Positions 14,186-28,378 of a stretch of DNA of 64,000 nucleotides are shown piece by piece. Under the pieces are notes generated by a model. That model worked only from the letters and a program-made list of their open reading frames with translations, searched no databases and was not told the DNA's origin. This DNA comes from the human T2T-CHM13v2.0 reference genome, Homo sapiens: assembly GCF_009914755.1 (NCBI RefSeq), contig NC_060948.1, one strand, 5' to 3'. The translations under genes were made by a program, and so were the position numbers. Within the stretch, counting starts at the first letter, position 1. The number at the start of each line of letters is the position of its first letter.

Positions 14186-17100
14186 GTAATGGACTGGAGT
14201 GAAATGGACTGGAAAGCAATGGACTCAAATTGAAAGGGCTTGAAAGGAATGGAGTCAAATGGAATGGTCTGGAATGGAATGAACACGAAAGTAATGCAAT
14301 CCAATAGAATGGAATCGAATGGCATGGAATATAATGAAATGGAATCGAAGAGAATGGAAACAAATGGAATGGAATTGAATGGAATGGAATTGAATGGAAT
14401 GGGAACGAATGGAGTGAAATTGTATGCAGTAGAAGGGAATAGAATGGAATGCAAGCGAAAGGAAAGGAATGGATTGGAAAGGAATGGAATTCATTGGAAT
14501 GGAAGGGAATGTAGTGTAATGGACAGGCCTGGAATAAAGTGGAATGCTACGGTCTTGAATGGAATAAAAATGTATGGAATGGAATGCAATGAAACGGAAT
14601 CGAATGTCATAGAATGTAATGGAATGCAAAAAACTGGAATCCAAAATCATTGACTGGAAAGGCTGGGTGTCGAAAGGAATTGACTCCAATGGAATGGAAT
14701 CGAATGGAATGGAAGTGAATAGAATCGAACTAAATCGAATGGAATGGAATTGATAGGAACGGAATGGAAAGGAATGCAATGATTTGGCACGGAATGGAAT
14801 CGAATGGCATCGAACGGAATGGAATGGAATGCAATTGAATGGAACGTATTAGAATGTAATGAACTTTAATGGAATGTACTCGAATGGATTCGACTGGAAT
14901 GGAATGTTCTGGAAGTGAATGGACTCCAATGGAATGGATTCAAAAGGAATGGAATCGTACGGAATGGAATCTAATGGAATGGAATTAAATGGAAATAAAT
15001 CAAATTGAATAGCATGGAATTGAATTGAATGGAATCGAATGCAATGGAATCTAATGAAACGGAAAGGAAAGGAATGGAATGGAATGGAATGGGCTGGAAT
15101 GGAAAGGAATCGAAACGAATGGAATGGAATCGAACTGACGAGACTGGAATGGAATGCACTGGAATGGAAGGGAGTGTAATGGAAGGTTCTCGAAAAAAAT
15201 GGAATGGAATGGAATGGAATTGAATGGAACGGAATAGAGTCAAATGGATTTGAATGGAATGGAATGGACTAGAGTGAAATGGAATCGAACAACAAGGAAT
15301 GGACAGGAATAGAATGGTCTCGAATTGAATGGAATCGTATGGAATGGCATCAAACGGAATGGAATGGACAGCCACGGAATGGAATGCACTCGAATGCAAT
15401 GGAGTCGAAACTAATGGACTGGAATAGAATGGATTCGACTGGTACGGACTCCAATGGAATGGAATCGAATGGAAGGGAATCGAACGGAACGGACTCGAAG
15501 GGAAAAGACTGCAATGGAAAGGTCTCGAATGGAATGGAAATTAATGGAATGGAATGGAATCGAATGAAATGGAGTCAAAAGGAATGGAATCGAATGGCAA
15601 GAAATCGAATGTAATGGAATCGCAAGGAATTGATGTGAACGGAACGGAATGGAATGGAATCCAAAGGAATGGAATAGAATGGAATGGAATCGAATGGAAA
15701 GGTCTCGAATGGAAATCACTCGAATAGAATGCAATTTAATAAAATAGGATCAAATGTAATGGAATGGAATGGAAAGGAATCGAAACGAAAGGAATGGAGA
15801 CAGATGGAATGGAATGGAACAGAGAGCAATGGTATAGAATGGAATGGAATCATCAGGAATGGAATTGAATGGAATGGAATAATATGAAATGGAATGGAAT
15901 GGAATGCCCTTGAATTAAATGGACTGGAATGGAATGGACTCGAACAGAGTGGAATGGAAAGTGTTGAGATAGAATGGAATGGACTCGTTTGGAATGGTCT
16001 AGTATGCAATGCAATCGACTGGCAGGGAATCAAAAGGAATGTAATGGAATGGATTGGACTGGAATGCAATGGACTCGAATAGATTGGAAACGGAATGCAA
16101 AGGAATGGAATGGAATAGTATGGAATGGAATGGAAAGGAATGGAGTGGAATAGACTAGAGTGGAATGGAATGGACTGGAAAGCAATAGACTGGAATGGAA
16201 CTTTCTTGAATGGACTGGAATCAAACGGAATGGAATGCAAGGCAATCAAATGGCATGGAATAAAATAGAATGAAAGAGAATCAAATGGAATTGAATCGAA
16301 TGGAATCAAATGGATTGGAAAGGAACAGAATAGAATGGAATGGAATTGACTCAAATGGAATGGACTAGAATGGAATGGATTCGAATGGAAGGCAAAGGAA
16401 TGGAATCTATTGGAATGGACTGGAATGGAATGGAAGGAATTGGAATGGACTCGAATGGAATGGACTGCAATAGAAAGGATTCGAATGGAATGAAAAAGAA
16501 TTGAATGGAATAGAACAGAATGGAATCAAATCGAATGAAATGGAATGGAATAGAAAGGAATGGAATGAAATGGAATGGAATGCAATCGAATGGAATGGAA
16601 TCGAACGGAATGGAATAAAATGGAAGAAAACTGGCAAGAAATGGAATAGAAATGAATGGAGTGTTATGGAACGGACTCAAAAGGAATTGAATGTAATAGA
16701 ATGGAGTGGAGTGGACTCGAATATAATGGACTGGAATGGAATGAAATCACATGGAATGGGAACGAATGGAATGGAATGGAAAGGAATGGAATCGAATGGA
16801 AAGGAATCGAATGGAAGGGAATGAAATTGAATCAACAGGAATGGAAGGGAATAGAATAGACGGTGATGGAATGGACTCGAATTGAATGGACACGAATGCT
16901 CAAATTGAATGGACAAGAATGGAATGGAAACGAAAGGAATGTCATCGAATGGAATTGAATCGATTGGAATGAAATCGCATAGAATGGAGTGGAATCAAAT
17001 GGAATTGAATCGAAAGGAAAGGAAGCGAATGGACTGAAATGAAATGGAATGGAATTGAATGGAAAGTAATGCAATGGAATAGAATGGAACGAAATTTCAC

Positions 17101-17724
17101 GGAATGGAATCAAACTGAATGGAATCAAATCAATGGAATCTAATCAAATGGAATGGAAAGGAATTGAATGGAGTAGACTGGATTGGATGGGATTGGAATG
17201 AAATGTACTGGAAAGGACTCGAATTTCATGAAACGGAATGGAATGAATTGGAAAGGAATGGACTCGAATGGAATGGAATGTCATGGAATGGCATCAAATG
17301 GAATGGCATCAAATGGAATGGAATCGAATGCAATGCAATGCTATGGAATGGAATGGAATGCATTGGAATGGAATGTCCTCTAATGGAATGGATTCGAGTG
17401 GAATGGAATCGAATATAATGGAGTCGAATGAAATGGAATTGAAAAGAATGGGATCGAATACAATGGAATATACTGGAATGTAATGTAATGAACTCGAATG
17501 TAATTGACTGGAATGGAATGTACATGAATGGAATGTAATCGAATGGAAAGTAATCCAATGGAATAGAAACTAATGCAATAAAATCGACTCAAATAGAGTA
17601 GAATGTAATGGAATGGAGTGCAGTGCAATGGAATGGAATGGAATGGAATGCAATGGAATGGAATGGAATGTTATGGAATGGAATGGAATGGATTGGAATG
17701 GGATGGAATGGTATGGAATGGATA
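14186..17724. repeat. Unit 5 (3,539 bp), copy of unit 3 over its first ~2.5 kb
   Basis: Shares unit-3 variants at offset 7,078 until ~16650; private variants from ~16865. Confidence 0.9.
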
Positions 17725-20700
17725 GTAATGGACTGGAGTGAAATGGACTGGAAAGGAATGGACTCAAATTGAAAGGGCTCGAAAGGAATGGAGTCAAATG
17801 GAATAGTCTGGAATGGAATGAACACGAATGTAATGCAATCCAATAGAATGTAATCGAATGGCATGGAATATAAAGAAATGGAATCGAAGAGAATGGAAAC
17901 AAATGGAATGGAATTGAATGGAATGGAATTGAATGGAATGGGAACGAATGGAGTGAAATTGTATGCAGTAGAAGAGAATAGAATGGAATGCAAGCGAAAG
18001 GAAAGGAATGGATTGGAATGGAATGGAATTCATTGGAATGGAAGGGAATGTAGTGTAATGGACAGGCCTGGAATAAAGTGGAATGCTACGGTCTCGAATG
18101 GAATAAAAATGTATGGAATGGAATGCAATGAAACGGAATCGAATGTCATAGAATGTAATGGAATGCAACAAAATGGAATCCAAAATCATTGACTGGAAAG
18201 GCTGGGTGTCGGAAGGAATTGACTCCAATGGAATGGAATCGAATGGAATGGAAGTGAATAGAATCGAACTAAATCGAATGGAATGGAATTGATAGGAACG
18301 GAATGGAGAGGAATGCAATGATTTGGCATGGAATGCAATCGAATGGCATCGAATGGAATGGAATGGAATGCAATGGAATGGAACGTATTAGAATGTAATG
18401 AACTTTAATGGAATGTACTCGAATGGATTCGACTGGAATGGAATGTTCTGGAAGTGAATGGACTCCAATGGAATGGATTCAAAAGGAATGGAATCGTACG
18501 GAATGGAATCTAATGGAATGGAATTAAATGGAAATGAATCAAATTGAATAGCACGGAATTGAATTGAATGGAATGGAATGCAATGGAATCTAATGAAACG
18601 AAAAGGAAAGGAATGGAATGGAATGGAATGGGCTGGAATGGAAAGGAATCGAAACGAATGGAATGGAATCGAACTGAAGAGACTGGAATGGAATGCACTG
18701 GAATGGAAGGGAGTGTAATGGAAGGTTCTCGAAAAAAATGGAATCGAATGGAATGGAATTGAATGGAACGGAATAGAGTCGAATGGAATTGAATGGAATG
18801 GAATGGACTAGAGTGAAATGGAATCGAACCACAAGGAATGGACAGGAATAGAATGGTCTCGAATTGAATGGAATCGTATGGAATGGCATCAAACGGAATG
18901 GAATGGACAGCCACGGAATGGAATGCACTCGAATGCAATGGAGTCGAAACTAATGGACTGGAATAGAATGGACTCGACTGGTACGGACTCCAATGGAATG
19001 GAATCGAATGGAAGGGAATCGAACGGAATGGACTCGAAGGGAAAAGACTGCAATGGAAAGGTCTCGAATGGAATGGAAATTAATGGAATGGAATGGAATC
19101 GAATGAAATGGAGTCAAAAGGAATGGAATCGAATGGCAAGAAATCGAATGTAATGGAATCGCAAGGAATTGATGTGAACGGAACGGAATGGAATGGAATC
19201 CAAAGGAATGGAATAGAATGGAATGGAATCGAATGGAAAGGACTCGAATGGAAATCACTCGAATAGAATGCAATTTAATAAAATAGGATCAAATGTAATG
19301 GAATGGAATGGAAAGGAATCGAAACGAAAGGAATGGAGACAGATGGAATGGAATGGAACAGAGAGCAATGGTATAGAATGGAATGGAATCATCTGGAATG
19401 GAATTGAATGGAATGGAATAATATGAAATGGAATGGAATGGAATGGAATGCCCTTGAATTAAATGGACTGGAATGGAATGGACTCGAACAGAGTGGAATG
19501 GAAAGTGTTGAGATAGAATGGAATGGACTCGTTTGGAATGGTCTAGTATGCAATGCAATCGACTGGCAGGGAATCAAAAGGAATGTAATGGAATGGATTG
19601 GACTGGAATGCAATGGACTCGAATAGATTGGAAACGGAATGCAAAGGAATGGAATGGAATAGTATGGAATGGAATGGAAAGGAATGCAGTGGAATAGACT
19701 AGAGTGGAATGGAATGGACTGGAAAGCAATGGACTGGAATGGAACTTTATTGAATGGACTGGAATCAAACGGAATGGAATGCAATGCAATCAAATGGCAT
19801 GGAATAAAATAGAATGAAAGAGAATCAAATGGAATTGAATCGAATGGAATCGAATGGATTGGAAAGGAATAGAATGGAATGGAATGGAATTGACTCAAAT
19901 GGAATGGACTAGAATGGAATGGATTCGAATGGAAGGCAAAGGAATGGAATCTATTGGAATGGACTGTAATGGAATGGAATGGAAGGGATTGGAATGGACT
20001 CGAATGGAATGGACTGCAATAGAAAGGATTCGAATGGAATGAAAAAGAATTGAATGGAATAGAACAGAATGGAATCAAATCGAATGAAATGGAATGGAAT
20101 AGAAAGGAATGGAATGAAATGGAATGGAAAGGATTCGAATGGAATGCAATCGAATGGAATGGAATCGAACGGAATGGAATAAAATGGAAGAAAACTGGCA
20201 AGAAATGGAATCGAAATGAATGGAGTGTTATGGAACGGACTCAAAAGGAATTGAATGTAATAGAATGGAGTGGAGTGGACTCGAATATAATGGACTGGAA
20301 TGGAATGAAATCACATGGAATGGGAACGAATGGAATGGAATGGAAAGGAATGGAATCGAATGGAAAGGAATCGAATGGAAGGGAATGAAATTGAATCAAC
20401 AGGAATGGAAGGGAATAGAATAGACGGTAATGGAATGGACTCGAATAGAATGGACACGAATGCTCAAATTGAATGGACTCGAATGGAATGGAAACGAAAG
20501 GAATGTCATCGAATGGAATTGAATCGATTGGAATGAAATCGCATAGAATGGAGTGGAATCAAATGGAATTGAATCGAAAGGAAAGGAAGCGAATGGACTG
20601 AAATGAAATGGAATGGAATTGAATGGAAAGTAATGCAATGGAATAGAATGGAACGAAATTTCACGGAATGGAATCAAACTGAATGGAATCAAACCAATGG

Positions 20701-21268
20701 AATCAAATCAAATGGAATGGAAAGGAATTGAATGGAGTAGATTGGATTGGATGGGATTGGAATGAAATGTACTGGAAAGGACTCGAATTTCATGAAACGG
20801 AATGGAATGAATTGGAACGGAACGGACTCGAATGGAATGGAATGTCATGGAATGGCATCAAATGGAATGGCATCAAATGGAATGGAATCGAATGCAATGG
20901 AATGCTATGGAATGGAATGGAATGCATTTTAATGGAATGTCCTCTAATGGAATGGATTCGAGTGGAATGGAATCGAATATAATGGAGTCGAATGAAATGG
21001 AATTGAAAGGAATGGGATCGAATACAATGGAATATACTGGAATGTAATGTAATGAACTCGAATGTAATTGACTGGAATGGAATGTACATGAATGGAATGT
21101 AATCGAATGGAAAGTAATCCAATGGAATAGAATCTAATGCAATAAAATCGACTCAGATAGAGTAGAATGTAATGGAATGGAGTGCAGTGCAATGGAATGG
21201 AATGGAATGGAATGCAATGGAATGGAATGGAATGGAATGGAATGGAATGGAATGGTGTGGAATGGATA
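17725..21268. repeat. Unit 6 (3,544 bp)
   Basis: Anchor-to-anchor. Confidence 0.9.
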
Positions 21269-24200
21269 GTAATGGACTGGAGTGAAATGGACTGGAAAGG
21301 AATGGACTCAAATTGAATGGGCTCGAAAGGAATGGAGTCAAATGGAATGGTCTGGAATGGAATGAACACGAACGTAATGCAATCCAATAGAATGGAATCG
21401 AATGGCATGGAATATAAAGAAATGGAATCGAAGAGAATGGAAACAAATGGAATGGAATTGAGTGGAATGGAATTGAATGGAATGGGAACGAATGGAGTGA
21501 AATTGTATGCAGTAGAAGAGAATAGAATGGAATGCAAGCGAAAGGAAAGGAATGGATTGGAATGGAATGGAATTCATTGGAATGGAAGGGAATGTAGTGT
21601 AATGGACAGGCCTGGAATAAAGTGGAATGCTACGGTCTCGAATGGAATAAAAATGTATGGAATGGAATGCAATGAAACGGAATCGAATGTCATAGAATGT
21701 AATGGAATGCAAAAAAATGGAATCCAAAATCATTGACTGGAAAGGCTGGGTGTCGAAAGGAATTGACTCCAATGGAATGGAATCGAATGGAATGGAAGTG
21801 AATAGAATCGAACTAAATCGAATGGAATGGAATTGATAGGAACGGAATGGAAAGGAATGCAATGATTTGGCATGGAATGGAATCGAATGGCATCGAATGG
21901 AATGGAATGGAATGCAATGGAATGGAATGTATTAGAATGTAATGAACTTTAATGGAATGTACTCGAATGGATTCGACTGGAATGGAATGTTCTGGAAGTG
22001 AATGGACTCCAATGGAATGGATTCAAAAGGAATGGAATCGTACGGAATGGAATCTAATGGAATGGAATTAAATGGAAATGAATCAAATTGAATAGCACGG
22101 AATTGAATTGAATGGAATGGAATGCAATGGAATCTAATGAAACGGAAAGGAAAGGAATGGAATGGAATGGAATGGGCTGGAATGGAAAGGAATCGAAATG
22201 AATGGAATGGAATCGAACTGAAGAGACTGGAATGGAATGCACTGGAATGGAAGGGAGTGTAATGGAAGGTTCTCGAAAAAAATGGAATGGAATGGAATGG
22301 AATTGAATGGAACGGAATAGAGTCGAATGGAATTGAATGGAATGGAATGGACTAGAGTGAAATGGAATCGAACCACAAGGAATGGACAGGAATAGAATGG
22401 TCTCGAATTGAATGGAATCGTATGGAATGGCATCAAACGGAATGGAATGGACAGCCACGGAATAGAATGCACTCGAATGCAATGGAGTCGAAACTAATGG
22501 ACTGGAATAGAATGGACTCGACTGGTACGGACTCCAATGGAATGGAATCGAATGGAAGGGAATCGAACGGAATGGACTCGAAGGGACCAGACTGCAATGG
22601 AAAGGTCTCGAATGGAATGGAAATTAATGGAATGGAATGGAATCGAATGAAATGGAGTCAAAAGGAATGGAATCGAATGGCAAGAAATCGAATGTAATGG
22701 AATCGCAAGGAATTGATGTGAACGGAACGGAATGGAATGGAATCCAAAGGAATGGAATAGAATGGAATGGAATCGAATGGAAAGGACTCGAATGGAAATC
22801 ACTCGAATAGAATGCAATTTAATAAAATAGGATCAAATGTAATGGAATGGAATGGAAAGGAATCGAAACGAAAGGAATGGAGACAGATGGAATGGAATGG
22901 AACAGAGAGCAATGGTATAGAATGGAATGGAATCATCTGGAATGGAATTGAATGGAATGGAATAATATGAAATGGAATGGAATGGAATGGAATGGAATGC
23001 CCTTGAATTAAATGGACTGGAATGGAATGGACTCGAACAGAGTGGAATGGAAAGTGTTGAGATAGAATGGAATGGACTCGTTTGGAATGGTCTAGTATGC
23101 AATGCAATCGACTGGCAGGGAATCAAAAGGAATGTAATGGAAAGGATTGGACTGGAATGCAATGGACTCGAATAGATTGGAAACGGAATGCAAAGGAATG
23201 GAATGGAATAGTATGGAATGGAATGGAAAGGAATGGAGTGGAATAGACTAGAGTGGAATGGAATGGACTGGAAAGCAATAGACTGGAATGGAACTTTCTT
23301 GAATGGACTGGAATCAAACGGAATGGAATGCAATGCAATCAAATGGCATGGAATAAAATAGAATGAAAGAGAATCAAATGGAATTGAATCGAATGGAATC
23401 GAATGGATTGGAAAGGAATAGAATGGAATGGAATGGAATTGACTCAAATGGAATGGACTAGAATGGAATGGATTCGAATGGAAGGCAAAGGAATGGAATC
23501 TATTGGAATGGACTGTAATGGAATGGAATGGAAGGGATTGGAATGGACTCGAATGGAATGGACTGCAATAGAAAGGATTCGAATGGAATGAAAAAGAATT
23601 GAATGGAATAGAACAGAATGGAATCAAATCGAATGAAATGGAATGGAATAGAAAGGAATGGAATGAAATGGAATGGAAAGGATTCGAATGGAATGCAATC
23701 GAATGGAATGGAATCGAACGGAATGGAATAAAATGGAAGAAAACTGGCAAGAAATGGAATCGAAATGAATGGAGTGTTATGGAACGGACTCAAAAGGAAT
23801 TGAATGTAATAGAATGGAGTGGAGTGGACTCGAATATAATGGACTGGAAGAATGGAATGAAATCACATGGAATGGGAACGAATGGAATGGAATGGAAAGG
23901 AATGGAATCGAATGGAAAGGAATCGAATGGAAGGGAATGAAATTGAATCAACACGAATGGAAGGGAATAGAATAGACTGTAATGGAATGGACTCGAATAG
24001 AATGGACACGAATGCTCAAATTGAATGGACTCGAATGGAATGGAAACGAAAGGAATGTCATCGAATGGAATTGAATCGATTGGAATGAAATCGCATAGAA
24101 TGGAGTGGAATCAAATGGAATTGAATCGAAAGGAAAGGAAGCGAATGGACTGAAATGAAATGGAATGGAATTGAATGGAAAGTAATGCAATGGAATAGAA

Positions 24201-24820
24201 TGGAACGAAATTTCACGGAATGGAATCAAACTGAATGGAATCAAATCAATGGAATCAAATCAAATGGAATGGAGTAGATTGGATTGGATGGGATTGGAAT
24301 GAAATGTACTGGAAAGGACTCGAATTTCATGAAACGGAATGGAATGAATTGGAACGGAATGGACTCGAATGGAATGGAATGTCATAGAATGGCATCAAAT
24401 GGAATGGCATCAAATGGAATGGAATCGAATGCAATGGAATGCTATGGAATGGAATGGAATGCATTGGAATGGAATGTCCTCTAATGGAATGGATTCGAGT
24501 GGAATGGAATCGAATATAATGGAGTCGAATGAAATGGAATTGAAAGGAATGGGATCGAATACAATGGAATATACTGGAATGTAATGTAATGAACTCGAAT
24601 GTAATTGACTGGAATGGAATGTACATGAATGGAATGTAATCGAATGGAAAGTAATCCAATGGAATAGAATCTAATGCAATAAAATCGACTCAGATAGTGT
24701 AGAATGTAATGGAATGGAGTGCAGTGCAATGGAATGGAATGGAATGGAATGCAATGGAATGGAATGGAATGGAATGGAATGGAATGGAATGGAATGGGAT
24801 GGAATGGTATGGAATGGATA
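21269..24820. repeat. Unit 7 (3,552 bp)
   Basis: Anchor-to-anchor. Private 3-bp insertion at ~23848; 15-bp deletion at ~24265. Confidence 0.9.
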
Positions 24821-27800
24821 GTAATGGACTGGAGTGAAATGGACTGGAAAGGAATGGACTCAAATTGAAAGGGCTCGAAAGGAATGGAGTCAAATGGAAT
24901 GGTCTGGAATGGAATGAACACGAATGTAATGCAATCCAATAGAATGGAATCGAATGGCATGGAATATAAAGAAATGGAATCGAAGAGAATGGAAACAAAT
25001 GGAATGGAATTGAATGGAATGGAATTGAATGGAATGGGAACGAATGGAGTGAAATTGTATGCAGTAGAAGGCAATAGAATGGAATGCAACCGAAAGGAAA
25101 GGAATGGATTGGAATGGAATGGAATTCATTGGAGTGGAAGGGAATGTAGTGTAATGGACAGGCCTGGAATAAAGTGGAATGCTACGGTCTCGAATGGAAT
25201 AAAAATGTATGGAATGGAATGCAATGAAACGGAATCGAATGTCATAGAATGTAATGGAATGCAAAAAAATGGAATCCAAAATCATTGAATGGAAAGGCTG
25301 GGTGTCGAAAGGAATTGACTCCAATGGAATGGAATCGAATGGAATGGAAGTGAATAGAATCGAACTAAATCGAATGGAATGGAATTGATAGGAACGGAAT
25401 GGAAAGGAATGCAATGATTTGGCATGGAATGGAATCGAATGGCATCGAATGGAATGGAATGGAATGCAATGGAATGGAATGTATTAGAATGTAATGAACA
25501 TTAGTGGAATGTACTCGAATGGATTCGACTGGAATGGAATGTTCTGGAAGTGAATGGACTCCAATGGAATGGATTCGAAAGGAATGGAATCGAACGGAAT
25601 GGAATCTAATGGAATGGAATTAAATGGAAATGAATCAAATTGAATAGCACGGAACTGAATTGAATGGAATCGAATGCAATGGAATCTAATGAAACGGAAA
25701 GGAAAGAATGGAATGGAATAGAATGGGCTGGAATGGAAAGGAATCGAAACGAATGGAATGGAATCGAACTGAAGAGACTGGAATGGAATGCACTGGAATG
25801 GAAGGGAGTGTAATGGAAGGTTCTCGAAAAAAATGGAATCGAATGGAATGGAATTGAATGGAACGGAATAGAGTCGAATGGAATTGAATGGAATGGAATG
25901 GACTAGAGTGAAATGGAATCGAACCACAAGGAATGGACAGGAATAGAATGGTCTCGAATTGAATGGAATCGTATGGAATGGCATCAAACGGAATGGAATG
26001 GACAGCCACGGAATGGAATGCACTCGAATGCAATGGAGTCGAAACTAATGGACTGGAATAGAATGGACTCGACTGGTACGGACTCCAATGGAATGGAATC
26101 GAATGGAAGGGAATCGAACGGAAGGGAATCGAACGGAATGGACTCGAAGGGAAAAGACTGCAATGGAAAGGTCTCGAATGGAATGGAAATTAATGGAATG
26201 GAATGGAATCGAATGAAATGGAGTCAAAAGGAATGGAATCGAATGGCAAGAAATCGAATGTAATGGAATCGCCAGGAATTGATGTGAACGGAACGGAATG
26301 GAATGGAATCCAAAGGAATGGAATAGAATGGAATGGAATCGAATGGAAAGGACTCGAATGGAAATCACTCGAATAGAATGCAATTTAATAAAATAGGATC
26401 AAATGTAATGGAATGGAATGGAAAGGAATCGAAACGAAAGGAATGGAGACAGATGGAATGGAATGGAACAGAGAGCAATGGTATAGAATGGAATGGAATC
26501 ATCTGGAATGGAATTGAATGGAATGGAATAATATGAAATGGAATGGAATGGAATGGAATGGAATGCCCTTGAATTAAATGGACTGGACTCGAACAGAGTG
26601 GAATGGAAAGTGTTGAGATAGAATGGAATGGACTCCTTTGGAATGGTGTAGTATGCAATGCAATCGACTGGCAGGGAATCAAAAGGAATGTAATCGAATG
26701 GATTGGACTGGAATGCAATGGACTCGAATAGATTGGAAACGGAATGCAAAGGATTGGAATGGAATAGTATGGAATGCAATGGAAGGGAATGGAGTGGAAT
26801 AGACTAGAGTGGAATGGAATGGACTGGAAAGCAATGGACTGGAATGGAACTTTCTTGGATGGATTGGAATCAAACGGAATGGAATGCAATGCAATCAAAT
26901 GGCATGGAATAAAATAGAATGAAAGAGAATCAAATGGAATTGAATCAAATGGAATCGAATGGATTGGAAAGGAATAGAATGGAATGGAATGGAATTGACT
27001 CAAATGGAATGGACTAGAATGGAATGGATTCGAATGGAAGGCAAAGGAATGGAATCTATTGGAATGGACTGTAATGGAATGGAATGGAAGGGATTGGAAT
27101 GGACTCGAATGGAATGGACTGCAATAGAAAGGATTCGAATGGAATGAAAAAGAATTGAATGGAATAGAACAGAATGGAATCAAATCGAATGAAATGGAAT
27201 GGAATAGAAAGGAATGGAATGAAATGGAATGGAAAGGATTCGAATGGAATGCAATCGAATGGAATGGAATCGAACGGAATGGAATAAAATGGAAGAAAAC
27301 TGGCAAGAAATGGAATCGAAATGAATGGAGTGTTATGGAACGGACTCAAAAGGAATTGAATGTAATAGAATGGAGTGGAGTGGACTCGAATATAATGGAC
27401 TGGAATGGAATGAAATCACACGGAATGGGAACGAATGGAATGGAATGGAAAGGAATGGAATTGAATGAAAAGGAATCGAATGGAAGGGAATGAAATTGAA
27501 TCAACAGGAATGGAAGGGAATAGAATAGACTGTAATGCAATGGACTCGAATAGAATGGACACGAATGCTCAAATTAAATGGACTCGAATGGAATGGAAAC
27601 GAAAGGAATGTCATCGAATGGAATTGAATCGATTGGAATGAAATCGCATAGAATGGAGTGGAATCAAATGGAATTGAATCGAAAGGAAAGGAAGCGAATG
27701 GACTGAAATGAAATGGAATGGAATTGAATGGAAAGTAATGCAATGGAATAGAATGGAACGAAATTTCACGGAATGGAATCAAACTGAATGGAATCAAATC

Positions 27801-28378
27801 AATGGAATCAAATCAAATGGAATGGAAAGGAATTGAATGGAGTAGATGGGATTGGATGGGATTGGAATGAAATGTACTGGAAAGGACTCGAATTTCATGA
27901 AACGGAATGGAATGAATTGGAACGGAATGGACTCGAATGGAATGGAATGTCATGGGATGGCATCAAATGGAATGGCATCAAATGGAATGGAATGGAATGC
28001 AATGGAATGCTATGGAATGGAATGGAATGCATTGGAATGGAATGTCCTCTAATGGAATGGATTCGAGTGGAATGGAATTGAATATAATGGAGTCGAATGA
28101 AATGGAATTGAAAGGAATGGGATCGAATAAAATGGAATATACTGGAATGTAACGTAATGAACTCGAATGTAATTGACTGGAATGGAATGTACATGAATGG
28201 AATGTAATCGAATGGAAAGTAATCCAATGGAATAGAATCTAATGCAATAAAATCGACTCAGATAGAGTAGAATGTAATGGAATGGAGTGCAGTGCAATAG
28301 AATGGAATGCAATGGAATGGAATGGAATGGAATGGAATGGAATGTAATGGAATGGGATGGAATGGTATGGAATGGATA
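24821..28378. repeat. Unit 8 (3,558 bp), transitional/chimeric type
   Basis: Anchor-to-anchor. 1-bp deletion ~25705, 15-bp duplication ~26105-26134, 10-bp deletion ~26585. Confidence 0.9.
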
